This document shows, one piece after another, positions 1 through 12,820 of a stretch of DNA of 64,000 nt (position 1 is the stretch's first letter; the number at the start of each line of letters is the position of its first letter). The stretch comes from Podarcis cretensis (lineage: Eukaryota), in assembly GCA_951804945.1 (NCBI GenBank), contig OX638152.1, forward strand, positions 21,886,001 to 21,950,000. Reading direction: 5' to 3'. The position numbers and the translations under genes are program-made. A model generated the notes under the pieces. That model searched no databases. It had not been told where the DNA came from and saw nothing but the letters and a program-made list of their open reading frames with translations.

Positions 1-494
1 AAATCCCCATGACTGCAGTCACTACTTCATCCAAAAAACTCTCTTTAACTCTTGGGTGGGTGGCAACTAGCAGGCCAGCTAGTTGCAGGGGCCAGACTTT
101 GCCTGGATAGCCTCATTTCTATGATTTCCCTTTAGAGCACACCAACACAAAAGTGGATTTATTGTTGTGGTTTCTGCAAATGAAACCTGGAAACTGTAGT
201 TTTGTGAGAGTGGGGCCCAAGCTCTGGTGCACAAGTTGTCCCCTGAACACTAGCATTGTGGCATAATTGGGGGGGGGGGGGTAATGTTTTTGTTTGTTAG
301 TATGTTGTGTTATTTTTGGGCCTTGATATGTAAACCACCTTGTGATCCTTGGATAAAGGGCAAAATAGACATTTAAGAAATTAATAAATAAATTTTGATT
401 TTATGATCCACTCTACCTGCTCAAAGTGTCATTCAGTTCCCATAGGAAAGAAAACTCATATAAGCATCATGTGATTGCAGGTGCTTCCTTTATT

Positions 495-499
495 ATAAT

Positions 500-553
<54 letters not shown>
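495..553. repeat. (AAT)n microsatellite, probably a LINE tail
   Basis: Direct AAT repeats abutting tttatttataccctgcccatctgg, an L2-like 3' end seen elsewhere in the window. Confidence 0.85.
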
Positions 554-554
<1 letters not shown>

Positions 555-1558
555 TTATTTATACCCTGCCCATCTGGCAGGGTATATTATATTATCTTTA
601 TATTATCTATATTTATCAATTACATTTATACCCCCCCTTCTCCTAAATAACCCATTGGCTTATTCCATGTCATCTTTCAAACAACCCTGTGGAGGCACTT
701 AAAAGCTGAAAGAATCCCAGTGCCACCGAAAGGAATGGCCTGGTTCAGTAGGGTTTTGATTTATAGACCTGGGGACACACAACATACTGTGCTCTAAGCA
801 CAGCTTTTTAATATTTTTTAATGAAATTTGTAGGCCACTCTCCATCACCAAAGGATCCCACCCATAACATAAACATCATGACGCAACGAAATTAAATAAA
901 AATCAGTTTAAAAGTATAGCAGCAATCAGTGCAGCATAAAATAACGTTCAGGTGTCAGCCATCTTTACCAACTTCCTCTAAACACCCAGCGGAATAATCA
1001 GGTCTTTAGTTGGTGATATAAAAACTATCAAGGGTGTTGCCATCCATACCTTCCATGGAGAGGGAGGCAGCTATATCCTCCCTGCTTACTGAAATATACA
1101 ACAATAGGGAGGCCCATCCATACTGGTGCGCATTGGGAGCCTAAACAGATTTACACTGAAACAGATCCTACTCAACCTCATGAAACCTACTTCCCAGCTT
1201 TGGTCTGCCACCTAAATTGTTCAGTTGATATTTTGCTCAAATGTCAGGCTAGGTGAGTTTGAGGACAACAGATAGGCAGTCTGGTAATCTGGTGCTTCCT
1301 TGCTTAGACATTTTTTTTAAAAAAAAAAAAGTGGAAACATTTCCAACATCTGGTTGAGTTTTATTGGTCGGCCACTGAATGTCGGTAAAAGCCAATAGTT
1401 TTGGGTTCACAGTAATTGCACGCAATTTTTTCCCAAGCCTTCCCCAGCAGTATGTGCCCATTACCTGAAGCGATGGAGCAGGTCCCAGTCGTATGTCTGT
1501 CTCTAACCCTGTGCACGACATAAGCAGCCTCTGTGGCCTCCGCTCCGTCACTTTGCAA

Positions 1559-1778
1559 NNNNNNNNNNNNNNNNNNNNNNNNNNNNNNNNNNNNNNNNNN
1601 NNNNNNNNNNNNNNNNNNNNNNNNNNNNNNNNNNNNNNNNNNNNNNNNNNNNNNNNNNNNNNNNNNNNNNNNNNNNNNNNNNNNNNNNNNNNNNNNNNNN
1701 NNNNNNNNNNNNNNNNNNNNNNNNNNNNNNNNNNNNNNNNNNNNNNNNNNNNNNNNNNNNNNNNNNNNNNNNNNNNNN
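1559..1778. other. Assembly gap (220 N) inside GRIA4; may hide a flip/flop cassette exon
   Basis: Run of N. No flip/flop peptide (e.g. KWWYDKGEC) is visible in the called sequence upstream of the TM4 exon. The content of the gap is inference. Confidence 0.9.
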
Positions 1779-2124
1779 TGTGTTCACGAGGGAGCTAATG
1801 TTCACGTAGGAATGGAAATAAATGAGCTATTGAACAGGCACCGTGCAGAAGGCGCTTATCCTTTCCCTCCCAACCCCAGGGGGGCAAGATGAAGTGGTCG
1901 CTTGGATTCGTAAACCCTGCATGAGAAAGGCAACACATGGTCAAAGCATTAATTAAATTAAAGCCCTTCAACACCAGCTTCATCCCAGGCATGTCTCCAA
2001 ATGCCAAACCCTTAACTCTTTTAAAAAAAAATGCTCTGGTTTATACAAGGCATGGTGGCGCCTCAGTTATGGAGCACTCACTGAACATGCTTTTCTAAAA
2101 GGTCTTCTGTTGATGGACTTACAG

Positions 2125-2247
2125 TCATAGAATTGTAGAGTTAGAAGGGAGTCTGAGGATTATCTAGTCCAACCCCTGCAATGCAGGAATATACAGGAAC
2201 CGAGCCTGCAGCCTTGGCGTTATCAGCACCACGCTCTAACCAACTTG
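2125..2247 (-). mobile_element. tRNA-headed SINE with CR1-like tail
   Basis: Reverse strand reads ttggttagagcgtggtgctgataacgccaagg (tRNA-like A box) and ends in a ctacaattctatga CR1-type tail; related copy at 41284-41424. Confidence 0.6.
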
Positions 2248-3067
2248 AACCACTTAGGTTCAGAATGGTCCTGTTGATCAGTCTTAGAAATGATAGCAAG
2301 ATCTGAAGATGATATTGCATTGTGTTATATTTAATATACTGTAACCCTGATCATGTCTGGTGGACCTTCACCTCACCAACATCTGGCAGTACCTCCATGT
2401 CAACTTGACTCCCGCCACTCCTCATTTTAAAAAGGAAGGCTATCTCTCTTGACGGTATTTTGCAAATCTAACAAGTTTGGAGGCAGATTAAAATGTTACG
2501 TTCCTCGCTCATCCCCCCCCCCTCCCCGCAACATGAACAACATGGAAAGATGTTCTTCCTACACCTGCCCAGCCATTAGTTGGAACATTGAATAATGCAT
2601 CTTTAAATTAAACTATTTCAGCAACTGAACTCGGCGCTCATCATGGTGTGCGAATTCCACATAGCTCAGAATTTTAAAAAAATCAAGTCTTACTCTCAGC
2701 CCATTTTTAAAAAAGTGTTTATTACTATAGGCATGCCTGGATAAATTGCTTAATTAGGAGTATAGCAATGGGAGGAATAATGTCAAATCCTTTTAAAAAA
2801 AAGGCTGAAGTATTATGATGTACAATTACATGCATCTTTCTGAAATCCTGAAATGTCAAGTATGCAGTCTCGTGTTCATGCCATTCACTCATTCAAATCA
2901 GCAGTGAATTGTGGCCGCACGAACTCGCAGGATGGAAAGCATCCACTGATTTGAAATGCTTACTTAACACTAAGATTAATGCCTTAAATTAAAAATGTAA
3001 TGGATTTTTAAAAAAATACGTATCTAACAATTTACCGCATCAGCACTGCAGTCCCTTAGTGAGAAGA

Positions 3068-3242
3068 GGTCATAGCTCATTGGCAGAACATCTGTTTTGC
3101 ATGCGGAAGACCCCATGTTAAATCTCTGCCATGGTAGGACTAAGAGAGAGTCCTGTCTGAAACACCTGAGCACGGCCAATCAGTGCAGAACACTGACCTA
3201 GGTGGACCAAAAGTCTGAATCAATACAAGGCAGCTTCCTCTG
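3068..3242 (+). mobile_element. tRNA-derived SINE (degenerate)
   Basis: ggtcatagctcattggcagaacatctgttttgcatgc head and ggcagcttcct tail; similar copies at about 10490-10635(-), 26500-26650(+), 38150-38310(-), 44110-44235(-) and 55990-56330(+). Confidence 0.65.
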
Positions 3243-4087
3243 ATAGTAACAATAAGTACTTTAAACAACAACCCTGAGAAAACCAGGCAAGCCAGTGGTC
3301 CCGATCCAGAGAATGCTGCTACGCTTGTTTGTGGACTTGTGCAGATGCAGCAAGATTGTTCCCTGAATTTCCAACGCTCCAGGCCCCTCTCCCTCTCCAC
3401 CATACTGAAGTGCTTCACAAACCAGGCCTCTTTCTCCTTTAACGGTATAGTAGGAAGTGAGAAGGCTGTTCTTCGTGAGGAAAGACTCATTTGTCTCCTA
3501 GCTCACATCCTACATGAGGCTCGGGAGCTGTGACAGGAAATTTGTTTGCCTGAATTTTAAAAAGTGATTTAAATGTAACGGACATTTAGCCTTTTATTTA
3601 ACCAGCAGTTGGAAGACCGGTCTGGTGTTTTCTTTTCCAAATAAATATATTGGAGCATATTTATCCTAAAAGGAGCCATGCCATAGATCACTTAGGCTAC
3701 TTAATGATCCTCTAACGACCCCGTGTTCAGGCCACCATTAAACATCAAGTCGAGAGAGGATAGATATGCTTTATTGACGCTGCGGTTAATTGTGGTAGAC
3801 TATTTCACCGCCGTTCATTACCGAGGGGCTAATTTCATCCGAAAGTATTGGTTAAGCACATGTAATCTTTTGTAGCATTTTGCTTCTGAAAACAAATTGT
3901 TTGCTTATATACGTATGTTTGTTTTGCAAGCCAGGGCAGGCCAATTATCTCGGAAGACGTTTGTCAGTGCCTGTCTTCCCCTCCTCCCTTTCCCCGTGTA
4001 TTTCAATGAAGCCGTCGCTTATGCCTCTGTACTTGTACATACTGTTTTGTTTGTTTGCTCTCCGGCCGCCTCGCGCCTTTGATCTGA

Positions 4088-4249
<162 letters not shown>

Positions 4250-4362
4250 NNNNNNNNNNNNNNNNNNNNNNNNNNNNNNNNNNNNNNNNNNNNNNNNNNN
4301 NNNNNNNNNNNNNNNNNNNNNNNNNNNNNNNNNNNNNNNNNNNNNNNNNNNNNNNNNNAGGG
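4250..4362 (+). CDS. GRIA4: GRIA4 alternative 113-nt exon extension encoding the short C-terminal tail (GluA4c/short); mostly N
   Basis: Counting 45 codons from the Arg codon at 4226 ends exactly at 4360, where the gap closes with 'ag' (fits TAG), followed by GG|GTAGGA. This matches the known 36 aa + stop + 2 nt architecture. Confidence 0.7.
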
Positions 4363-5044
4363 GTAGGACTTAGGGCCCTACTACAGTGAGTGGCTGGTGC
4401 ATCATCATCTGTCATGCGGTCTTGTGCCCTGTCTGTCCAGTGGTGGTAACTGCTTGCTTATCGAGAGAGCTTCCTCTTTTGGAAAAACAAACAAACGGTT
4501 CGGTTAATTTTGGCTGCAGATGTTTAGTATACTTTCCTATATGTTGCTAATAGACATCTGCATTGAAAGGGGTGGGGTTTTTTGGTGCTTTTTTATTTTT
4601 AAAAAATGCATCAAGATATATAGAGAGAAATAGAAATATATTGGATACAATGGGTTCTAAATATATATATATTTTAAAAATCTGCAGGGATGTCTACAGC
4701 CGCCCAGAGTGACTGGGGAAACCCAGCCAGATGGGCGGGGTATAAATAATGAATTATTATTATTATTATTATTTGAAATTTTAGATTTCATGGTGAACAT
4801 TTATATTTCTGGATGAAGGATGAGGCCAGGCAAGATCCTAGGCAGACATAAGAGAAGATGGCTTTTCCAAAAATAATTCTAGGTGCTTTATATATGAAGG
4901 AGGATCAAGACTCAGGCTTGGTGCACCTGGTTTCTTCTGTTCTTGGATGTTCTCTGTAGATAGTCTGTTTAGTTAGTTCTGGCGCAATCCTTTCCCTACT
5001 TGTTTGGGAATACGTTCCATTGGAATAAGTTTGTAACAAATTTG

Positions 5045-5355
5045 AGGCAGGTGATGCCTCAGGATGTGGTGACTGCCTCTTCATCGGACGGCTTTAAAAG
5101 ATTAGGCAAATTCACAGAGGATAAATCTATCAAAGGCTACTGGTCAGTAAGGCTGTATGCAGCCTCCAGGATCAGAGATAGCATGGTTCTGAAGACCAGC
5201 TGCTTGGGAGCGGCAACAGGAGAAGGCTAATGTCTCCATGCTGTGCTTGTACATATCCCAAGAGGCAACCGATTAATAAGGGAAATAGCATGCTGGACTA
5301 AATGAACCTTTGTTCTGGTCCAGATGGACCATTGCTTTGATCCAGCAGGGCTTCA
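5045..5355 (+). mobile_element. CR1 LINE 3' fragment
   Basis: gatgtggtg...ggctttaaaagattaggcaaattcacagaggataaatctatc ORF2 end and ggacta...gatccagcagggc tail; similar fragment at about 21765-22065. Confidence 0.65.
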
Positions 5356-5946
5356 CAATGTTTTTCTTTAAAAAAACAAAAGCATCTCCTTAATAAATGT
5401 GGCTTACTTCTGAGTCTACATGCATATGATTGTGCTGCTAGTTAGTTTTACTGCATTTGCAAGAAGACTTTCCCTCCAACGAGCTGAAACTGATGTGCCT
5501 CACAGCATGCAGTTTGGAAGGCCACGGCAAAATTCTTCAGTACAGGGTGACAAGCAAAACTGCAGTTTTTGCTCATGGAAAAAGAGTGCCCTGTTTGTCA
5601 CAAGCAGAAGAGCTACTCAGGACTGAAGGAAAGAGAGTGGCTGCTCTTAGGAAAGCATGCAGGTGCACTGATTGTCTTCTTTCTTATCCCCCTTCATCTT
5701 TGAGCCAGAAATATGTAGGATTGTCAAAACTGTGGTAAGGTACAAATGCTCAAATCCTACATACACATTCAGCTGGAAATACGTTCCATTGAAGTCAATG
5801 GGGCTTACTTCTGAGTAGATGTGCATAGTAGGGTGCTGATCATCAGAAGGTCCCAGGGCAGGTTACAACAATTTAAATTTCAGGATTTAAACAGTTAAAG
5901 CAAATCACAGGAATAGGGTGGGTCCTAAAACACACACATCTCAGTA

Positions 5947-6098
5947 CAGTCATACCTTGGCTCCCAAACGCCTTGGGAGTCGAACGTTCCGGCTCCCGAA
6001 CGCTTGAAAACTGGAAGTGATTGTTCTGGTTTTTGAACATTCTTTTGGAAGCCAAACGTCCGACGGTGCTTCAGTGGCTTCCGATTGGCTGCAGCTCC
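5947..6098 (+). mobile_element. Tc1/mariner-Tigger-type MITE, one half only
   Basis: TA|CAGTCATACCTTGG terminus with repeated CGAACG subterminal motifs; truncated at the SINE. Confidence 0.5.
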
Positions 6099-6108
6099 AC
6101 TTGTGCAA

Positions 6109-6463
6109 AGTAAAGGTAAAAAGGGACCCCTGACCATTAGGTCCAGTCGTGACCGACTCTGGGGTGCGGTGCTCATCTCGCTTTATTGGCCGAGGGAGCC
6201 GGCGTACAGCTTCCGAGTCATGTGGCCAGCATGACTAAGCCACTTCTGGCGAACCAGAGAAGCAGACGGAAATGCCGTTTACCTTCCCACCGGAGTGGTA
6301 CCTATTTATCTACTTGCACTTTGACGTGCTTTCGAACTGCTAGGTTGGGAGGAGCAGGGACTGAGCAGCGGGAGCTCACCCCGTCGTGGGGATTTGAACC
6401 GCCGACCTTCTGATCGGCAAGTCCTAGGCTCTGTGGTTTAACCCACAGTGCCACCCGCGTCCC
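6109..6463 (-). mobile_element. Sauria SINE, full length
   Basis: 5' gggacgcgggtggcactgtgggttaaaccacagagcctagg; ACCTTT-type tail; TSD a(c/t)ttgtgcaa at 6099-6108 and 6464-6473. Confidence 0.9.
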
Positions 6464-8728
6464 ATTTGTGCAAGGTGCTAAGCCATTTTTAACGCACGGC
6501 AGCAAAAAGCACACAAACTCACTTGGTGTTGGGGGGGGAATTATGTGGTGAAACCCAGATATTTTTCACGAGGATTTTTACATAGAGGACACTGGGTAAT
6601 GTAGTGAATGACATCCTTCATAACCATTTTACATGAAGGCTGTTCCAAAGGCAGCTTCTTAAGAGTAGCTAGACAGAAAGGCAGAGGGCAAATTGATTTT
6701 GGTCTTGCAAAACAAGCTGGCTTCTGCCCAAAATCAGACTTTTTGCAATAAGGAGAGTGACAGAGCACACTATCTAACCCTCCTGCAAACAGTTCAGAAC
6801 AAATACAAAGACAATGTCTTCTAATCTCCTCACAAACCTCATCTAAACAATTCAGGAAGAACGCCCAATGAACAGGCTGTCTGGAAGCAACCTTTGTCTC
6901 ATATAACCTCTCTAATGAATGAAACAAAAAGCACTTTAAACTTCCACCCCACCCCTTGCTTCAGGATTATGTAGAATTCACTTGTCCAGTAATGAATGGT
7001 TGGGTGATTCCATCCTTTAGCAGAAACATGTCAGTTTCCTTAGTCTTTCCCTGGTTAGTAGCTCTCTATCTTTCCATGTTCCTCGTGATTCGGTGTTTCT
7101 GTTTTAAATGGCTTTCAATCTGTTTGCTTGTTTTCACCTTTGTACACTACTTTGAGATTTGTGTTAATGTAGGTGATTATAGAAACACCATAAAACGAAT
7201 ATAATAAAGCTTTACTCAGCTCTCAGGCAAGAAAAGGGTGCATCTGCAGCCAGGTCCAGAGGTTCCCCTATCCCTCAAAAAGCAAAGAGATATGTCAGCC
7301 ATGTTCCTTTTGTCCCACATCTTTGTCAACTATCCGTTTTCGCTCTGTTCCGTTTCTCAAGGTCGATTCAGGAGGCTTCCCCCAGAAGCTAAACGTTTCC
7401 CTCCAATGCTCTGCATGCAAAGTCAAGGAGGGTCACTCGCTCATTTGTAGGCACCACCCAATGCAAAAAAAAAACCCCTTATAGCTGGTGCTCTCAAGAC
7501 AATCTCAGTGATTGCATAGGGGTGGGATTGTCTTAATCCACCATAAATGTCCTGCTTTGGGCCTTGTGTGTTTGTGTGTGTGTGTGTGTTGCTCTTGTCC
7601 CATAATATGCCACGTGTAGCCATGTTATTGCCACAATTTCAACAAATAAACTTATTTTATTGGAGAGTTTGGCCCTGGCCCAACAAAACTTAGTGGTGCC
7701 AATGTCCCGTTTCAAATCAATGGGCCTTTTAAAAAAAAGAAAAAGAAATTGCAAACAATGAGATGCTTCTTTCTAAAAGAAAGCCTGCCATGGATTTGGC
7801 ATTCTGAAACCTCAAACCTCACCCCCAATAGGATTCCAGCCCTGGAGTGCAATTCTATGCATGTTTGCTCAGAAGTAAGTCCCACTGAGTTCAGAGGAGG
7901 GCAGTTACTCCCAGGCAGGTCTAAACCATTTTTTTTTTATTTAAACAGGCCTTTGAGACAGATTTTGAATTCTTCACATTATGTATATACATATTTTTTT
8001 TTACAGCTGTTGTTTTTATTAGCCTTTTAAGTATTTGCAACTTGCCTTAATTTTAACTGAAAGGAAATCAAGGTAGAAGTGGAAAGGGAGGGAGGAAGAA
8101 TTCGGCTAAAGTCAAACACTTTTAAGTCCCATTTATTTCTGTGGAGATAAGCATATATTTGGATTTTGTATTCATTTAAATCAATGGGGCTAAAAGGGGC
8201 TTAACTTTGGCTGGATTTTCATTTAAATATACAGAAAGCCTGTAATTTTTTTTTATTCAAAAAATGCAGTAAACTAGATGATATCAGCTTGACAAGACTT
8301 CAGATTTACGAGCTAATTTGTGAGACAATTCCGAGCCTTACTGCTATCACATATACATGAAAATGGATTTGGAGGGATGGGGAGGAACATGAGATTGATT
8401 CCTAGGAAAACTGGGCAACTGAGTAACATTTTACACTTGCCCACAGAGATTTGACTTTTACTAAATTTTAACAGAACTAGAATCTCCAGTTTGATCTCTT
8501 TTAGAGCTTTAATTTGATTATTATTATTTAAAAGAGTGTGTTAAATGCTCTTATATCCATATTATTATATAAACAGTTAACGTGATAATGCAGATGTCTA
8601 CACCTAGATATTTTTGGTGTTTGCTGTGCACTGGTTTTATTGGGGAACAGAAATATTGTAACACTTCCTTTCTGCCTCCTCCTTTCTTCTTCTCCCTCTC
8701 CCTTTCTGTCCTTTCTCCTGCCTCCCAG

Positions 8729-8893
8729 CTGACCTTTTCTGAAGCCATACGAAACAAAGCCAGATTATCCATCACAGGGAGCATGGGAGAAAACGGACGC
8801 ATTCTGACTCCCGACTGCCCAAAGGCTGTACACAGTGGAACTGCAATTAGACAAAGTTCAGGATTGGCGGTAATTGCATCAGACCTACCATAA
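8729..8893 (+). CDS. GRIA4: GRIA4 terminal exon, long C-terminal tail
   Basis: Long polypyrimidine tract and cag|CTG; [54 protein letters not shown], near-identical to the mammalian GluA4 C-tail including the RLS PKA motif. Confidence 0.96.
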   Translation: MTFSEAIRNKARLSITGSMGENGRILTPDCPKAVHSGTAIRQSSGLAVIASDLP

Positions 8894-11800
8894 AAACCAA
8901 AAAAATATCTGAGTGCCTTAATTAAACTGTGTCAGTGACTGACGGGAATACAGCATGGACTGTAACACGACACGGGGAAATGTCATTGATGAACTTAGAA
9001 ATGGGCTGAGCATGGGAAGGGCATCCTGGCATGCCAGACATCAGCAGCGGCAAATGTGTGTGCATGGTCTCAGCTCGGAAACCCAAATTCAGATTTTTTA
9101 TCAGGAAAAAAAAATCATAATTTAGTTTTGTTGGGGGGAGGCGGGGTTGGGACAGGAATATTAACAGTGACAAATTTCACTTGAGCGGACTTTAAAAAAA
9201 AAACAACCACCAACTAATAGGACTTGCCAATTTAGCGCATTAAAACTGTGAAGAATACACAAGAGGAAAAGGCTACCTTTTGGTCTTTGTCTAGGCAACA
9301 TGGAGAACCAACTGCTATAGAAGTCAATGAACATGCTTACCTGTGTTTCCCGACGATCAACATTATACAGTGGGAAGACTGTCGGGCTGTGGAAACAAGT
9401 CACTAAACTGTGATAAGAAAATAAATATGTAAATCCTGTGAAAAAATAAAATAAAAGAAATTAATTACTTTTTTCTTTGGGGGAAAAAAGAGGAATATTG
9501 AAACATGCTTGCTTTTTAACGGATGTAAATTCAGTAGAGGACAACACAATTCTTTTTTCTAACCATCTTAGGGAACAATTCATTGCAATAATTGATATAA
9601 AATGTCATCACTGTAATAAAATTCAGAGACTTTTTTTTATAAACATTGTTGGTCATCCTCATTCTGTCCCATCATTCCGTGTTCCATGGATTTGCATCTG
9701 TCTAACTACAAGAAACCAACAAATAAGTTTAGAGAACACCATCAGTCTGCAGTATAGAATCAAAAGAGACTACGGGTCACTCATGTTACCGATATTATTT
9801 ATAATCTTGTTCTGTGTAAGAAACTGTGGTTTTTGTACCCACCAAAAAAGAATAAAACAACAACCGTTCTTTTAATACCTGCTGACCTGGAGTTGTTTTC
9901 TGACTATCAGGAATGCCATTCCCAACAGGTCAATAGAGCTGAGGGCAAATTGTATTTGAGACAAATTTGCATTCTGATGCCAAGAAGTGTGGCCGGGCTT
10001 GAGTTTCTGGCCAGAGAAGCAATGGACTGTTCTTGACTTTGCTACTGGTTCACTCCAGCATAATAATCCTGTGTACAGCAGGCAGGGATATATGTATCCT
10101 GTGCTTTAAAAATAAATCTCCTCTGAGGGAATCCAAATCCCGCAACAGCAAAAATGTGTGATTCTGTATCTTGCATACATTATGCAAGTTATGCTTGTGT
10201 GCTTGGTGACTCAACTACTGCATAGTCTATTCAGCTTTTTGCTTTCTGTTTTGCATAATATATTCTGCTTCTGCTTGTCATGGGGGAGGCTTTGTAAGGC
10301 ACTGAAGTCCACCACCAAGCACTGGAAACTATGTTCAGCAATTTCCCTGGCTTCTGAGATGTCACGAAGCACAGTCCACAACCTGCTGAGGATCTGGTCC
10401 CTAAACCACTTTCTTGGCTTTTGGTTGCACATGTGCAGGATTTCATCATACGCAAAGCCCCAACAGAAGACAGGCAGTCACAAAGTAAGACTTCTAAATG
10501 GACTCTTGGTCTGTTTAACCCAGTATTGTCTACACTGGCAGGCAGTAGCTCTCCAGGGTTTCAATCATGGGTCTCTCCCAGCCTTGAGATGCCAGGGATT
10601 GAACCTGGAACCCAGGTGCTCTACGGCTGAGCTGTGGCAGGCAGGTGGCAGCTACTAACAGCCAGGGACTGTTGTGAAATTTTGGATTTACGTAAAACAT
10701 TCACAGTTGATGTGTGGCCCCTTGGTTGCTTCTATCCAAGACTCGGGGGGGGGGGGGGAAGAATTTTTCACTTTCCTGAGCTATCTTTCTTTCTGGCCAC
10801 ACAAACACTGCTTATTAATGGAATGGGTTGGTTGCATTTGTCATTTATCCCAAGACAAGCATGCATGCAAATTGGGACCGGATCCATATTTCCCCCTGCT
10901 ACAGTTTGAGCTCAGCTTCCCTTGCTATCACAACCTACTTGATGGACATATTGGTCAGACTCAAATACTGATTTGGTAGTCTGTCTTGATTCCCTATGGT
11001 TCAGAAGGGCTACTTATCTTTTCTTTTTTTAAAAAGGACCAAAGGTACCTTGATTCAATTAAATGTGCATTCTGCAACTTATAAAAACACACAAAGAGAG
11101 ACTCAGTCTTAGGGGAAGAAAGGAAGATGGGTTAGTTGTCAGTCAATCAGCAATATGAGCAGCCAGATTTTGCTGGAAATTGAGAACTAGCTTCCCCTGA
11201 CCCCAATCCAGGAAGGGAAATTGTACATCTAAACAACATGCACTTCTGCGATGGATTTACTACTCAATTTGTGTACATCTGCATGCAGCGTTTTTGTGTT
11301 CTATTTGTAACAGTTTCCCCCTCTTCTCACCAGCAAATCCGTAGCTTAAGGAAAGGCTGTGCTATGTCTCTCAGCACAAAATGTAGGTGCCACCTAATTC
11401 TCTTATTGGATTATTGGGGTAGTATGAATGCCCTCTGCCCTTTCAATCCCTGCCACCTGGTCTAGCAGAAAAAGAGCATGGGTTGAAGGGGATCCATGCC
11501 TTTCTTTCTTTTCCCTTTGTGCAACCCAAGGAAGAACTGTGCTGTTAATAAATCCTGCATTGGGCTAGTAATTGATACATCCCTGCAAGAATATTGGAGT
11601 ATGAAAAATATACTCTGATGCCCAATTCAGGATCTCCCCACCCCTCCGTTTGAAGAATATAGAACCAAGTTTCTTAGGAGACCCACATGGTTTTAGATTT
11701 CCAATGCTAATTCTCCAAGACAACTAACAGCAAGTTTTCAGTCCTTACATCCAAGCCAAACCCCCAGCCATTTCTGCATGTCGTTGTTGGTACATCTCGT

Positions 11801-12820
11801 AATGTCCAAAGGAAAAAACTTGTGCAGACTGTAGGTCTTCATGCTGTTTGTGGAACCCTCTGCAGGTTGGAATGCTACGTTCCAAAATGCCGAAATGACA
11901 ACACATTCAGCTAGAAGTACTTCTTAGAAGCACCCAAAATTACTCCAAATTCTGTCATCCCAAGACATACAGAAACATACAGCAGTTCTAACAAGGGACA
12001 CTGAAAAACAAAACTTTGGGGCTGTGAAAAACGTTTAAATGCGTAAGATTCCACTTCTCCAAGACCTCTACTCCCTTCGCTTGCGTGGATAGTTGTCTGT
12101 AGGCAGAACTACACCCTTACACCAAGCCAGGTTGGTCAGAGGGATGGGCTTCATTGAAGAAAAAAGCAGTTTGGGAAACAGATATGGAGAGCAGCATGAT
12201 AGGCAGCACTACACAGTACAGGAGTGGAAGAACTTGATACAGGCATGCCATTTTTGGGCTCCACGTAATAACCAACTGTTTTGGTAGCATCATTAATATA
12301 TTTTTATTCAGATCACAAGATTGCAGTGTCACACGAGCAAAGTCCATAGCAAGCCAACTTACAGACACAAAAGTTTAGAAATTATGGTTATGATCTATTT
12401 CCATAATGTCAGTCCAATCAGGTAATTAGTTTTATTTTTACTCAACAAAATGTGAGTTCTCTCTCTCTCCACTCCCCCCTCCCCCTGTGGAAACCCATTC
12501 TGGAAAATGTTTGTGGATGACAATAGTTCTTTCATGTTTTATTGTAAAGATGTATGAAAGTAACAAATGAGGCAGATCTTCTGCTGCTCTCAGCACAAAC
12601 ACAGTGCCTCAAATGTCCCTCTAAGGCCACCGCTTGCAACATCTGAAAAAGCAAAACAGGACATGCCCTTATCAAAGTCTTTGGGTCAGAGAAACACTCC
12701 TCAAATCCATGCAGCTGCTGATATGCACACATCAACAACTTTGGAATTAAAAACTGCCTCTAATGCTGCTATTTTGTATTTCTGTACAGTGCTGTAAATT
12801 TATAACAAAAGTTGTTTCCA
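8894..12820 (+). other. GRIA4: Probable GRIA4 3' UTR (end uncertain)
   Basis: Follows the stop codon; AT-rich and repeat-poor, with UTR-like TGTA-rich blocks at about 11240-11320 and 12760-12820. The 3' end is an estimate. Confidence 0.45.

Noticed and set aside
2195-2247. Possible tRNA gene on the minus strand
   Set aside because: Only a partial tRNA-like head fused to a CR1-type tail; it is a SINE and lacks a full cloverleaf.
8582-8728. N-terminal half of the 103-aa ORF before LTFSEA
   Set aside because: Intron and polypyrimidine tract upstream of the GRIA4 terminal exon acceptor.
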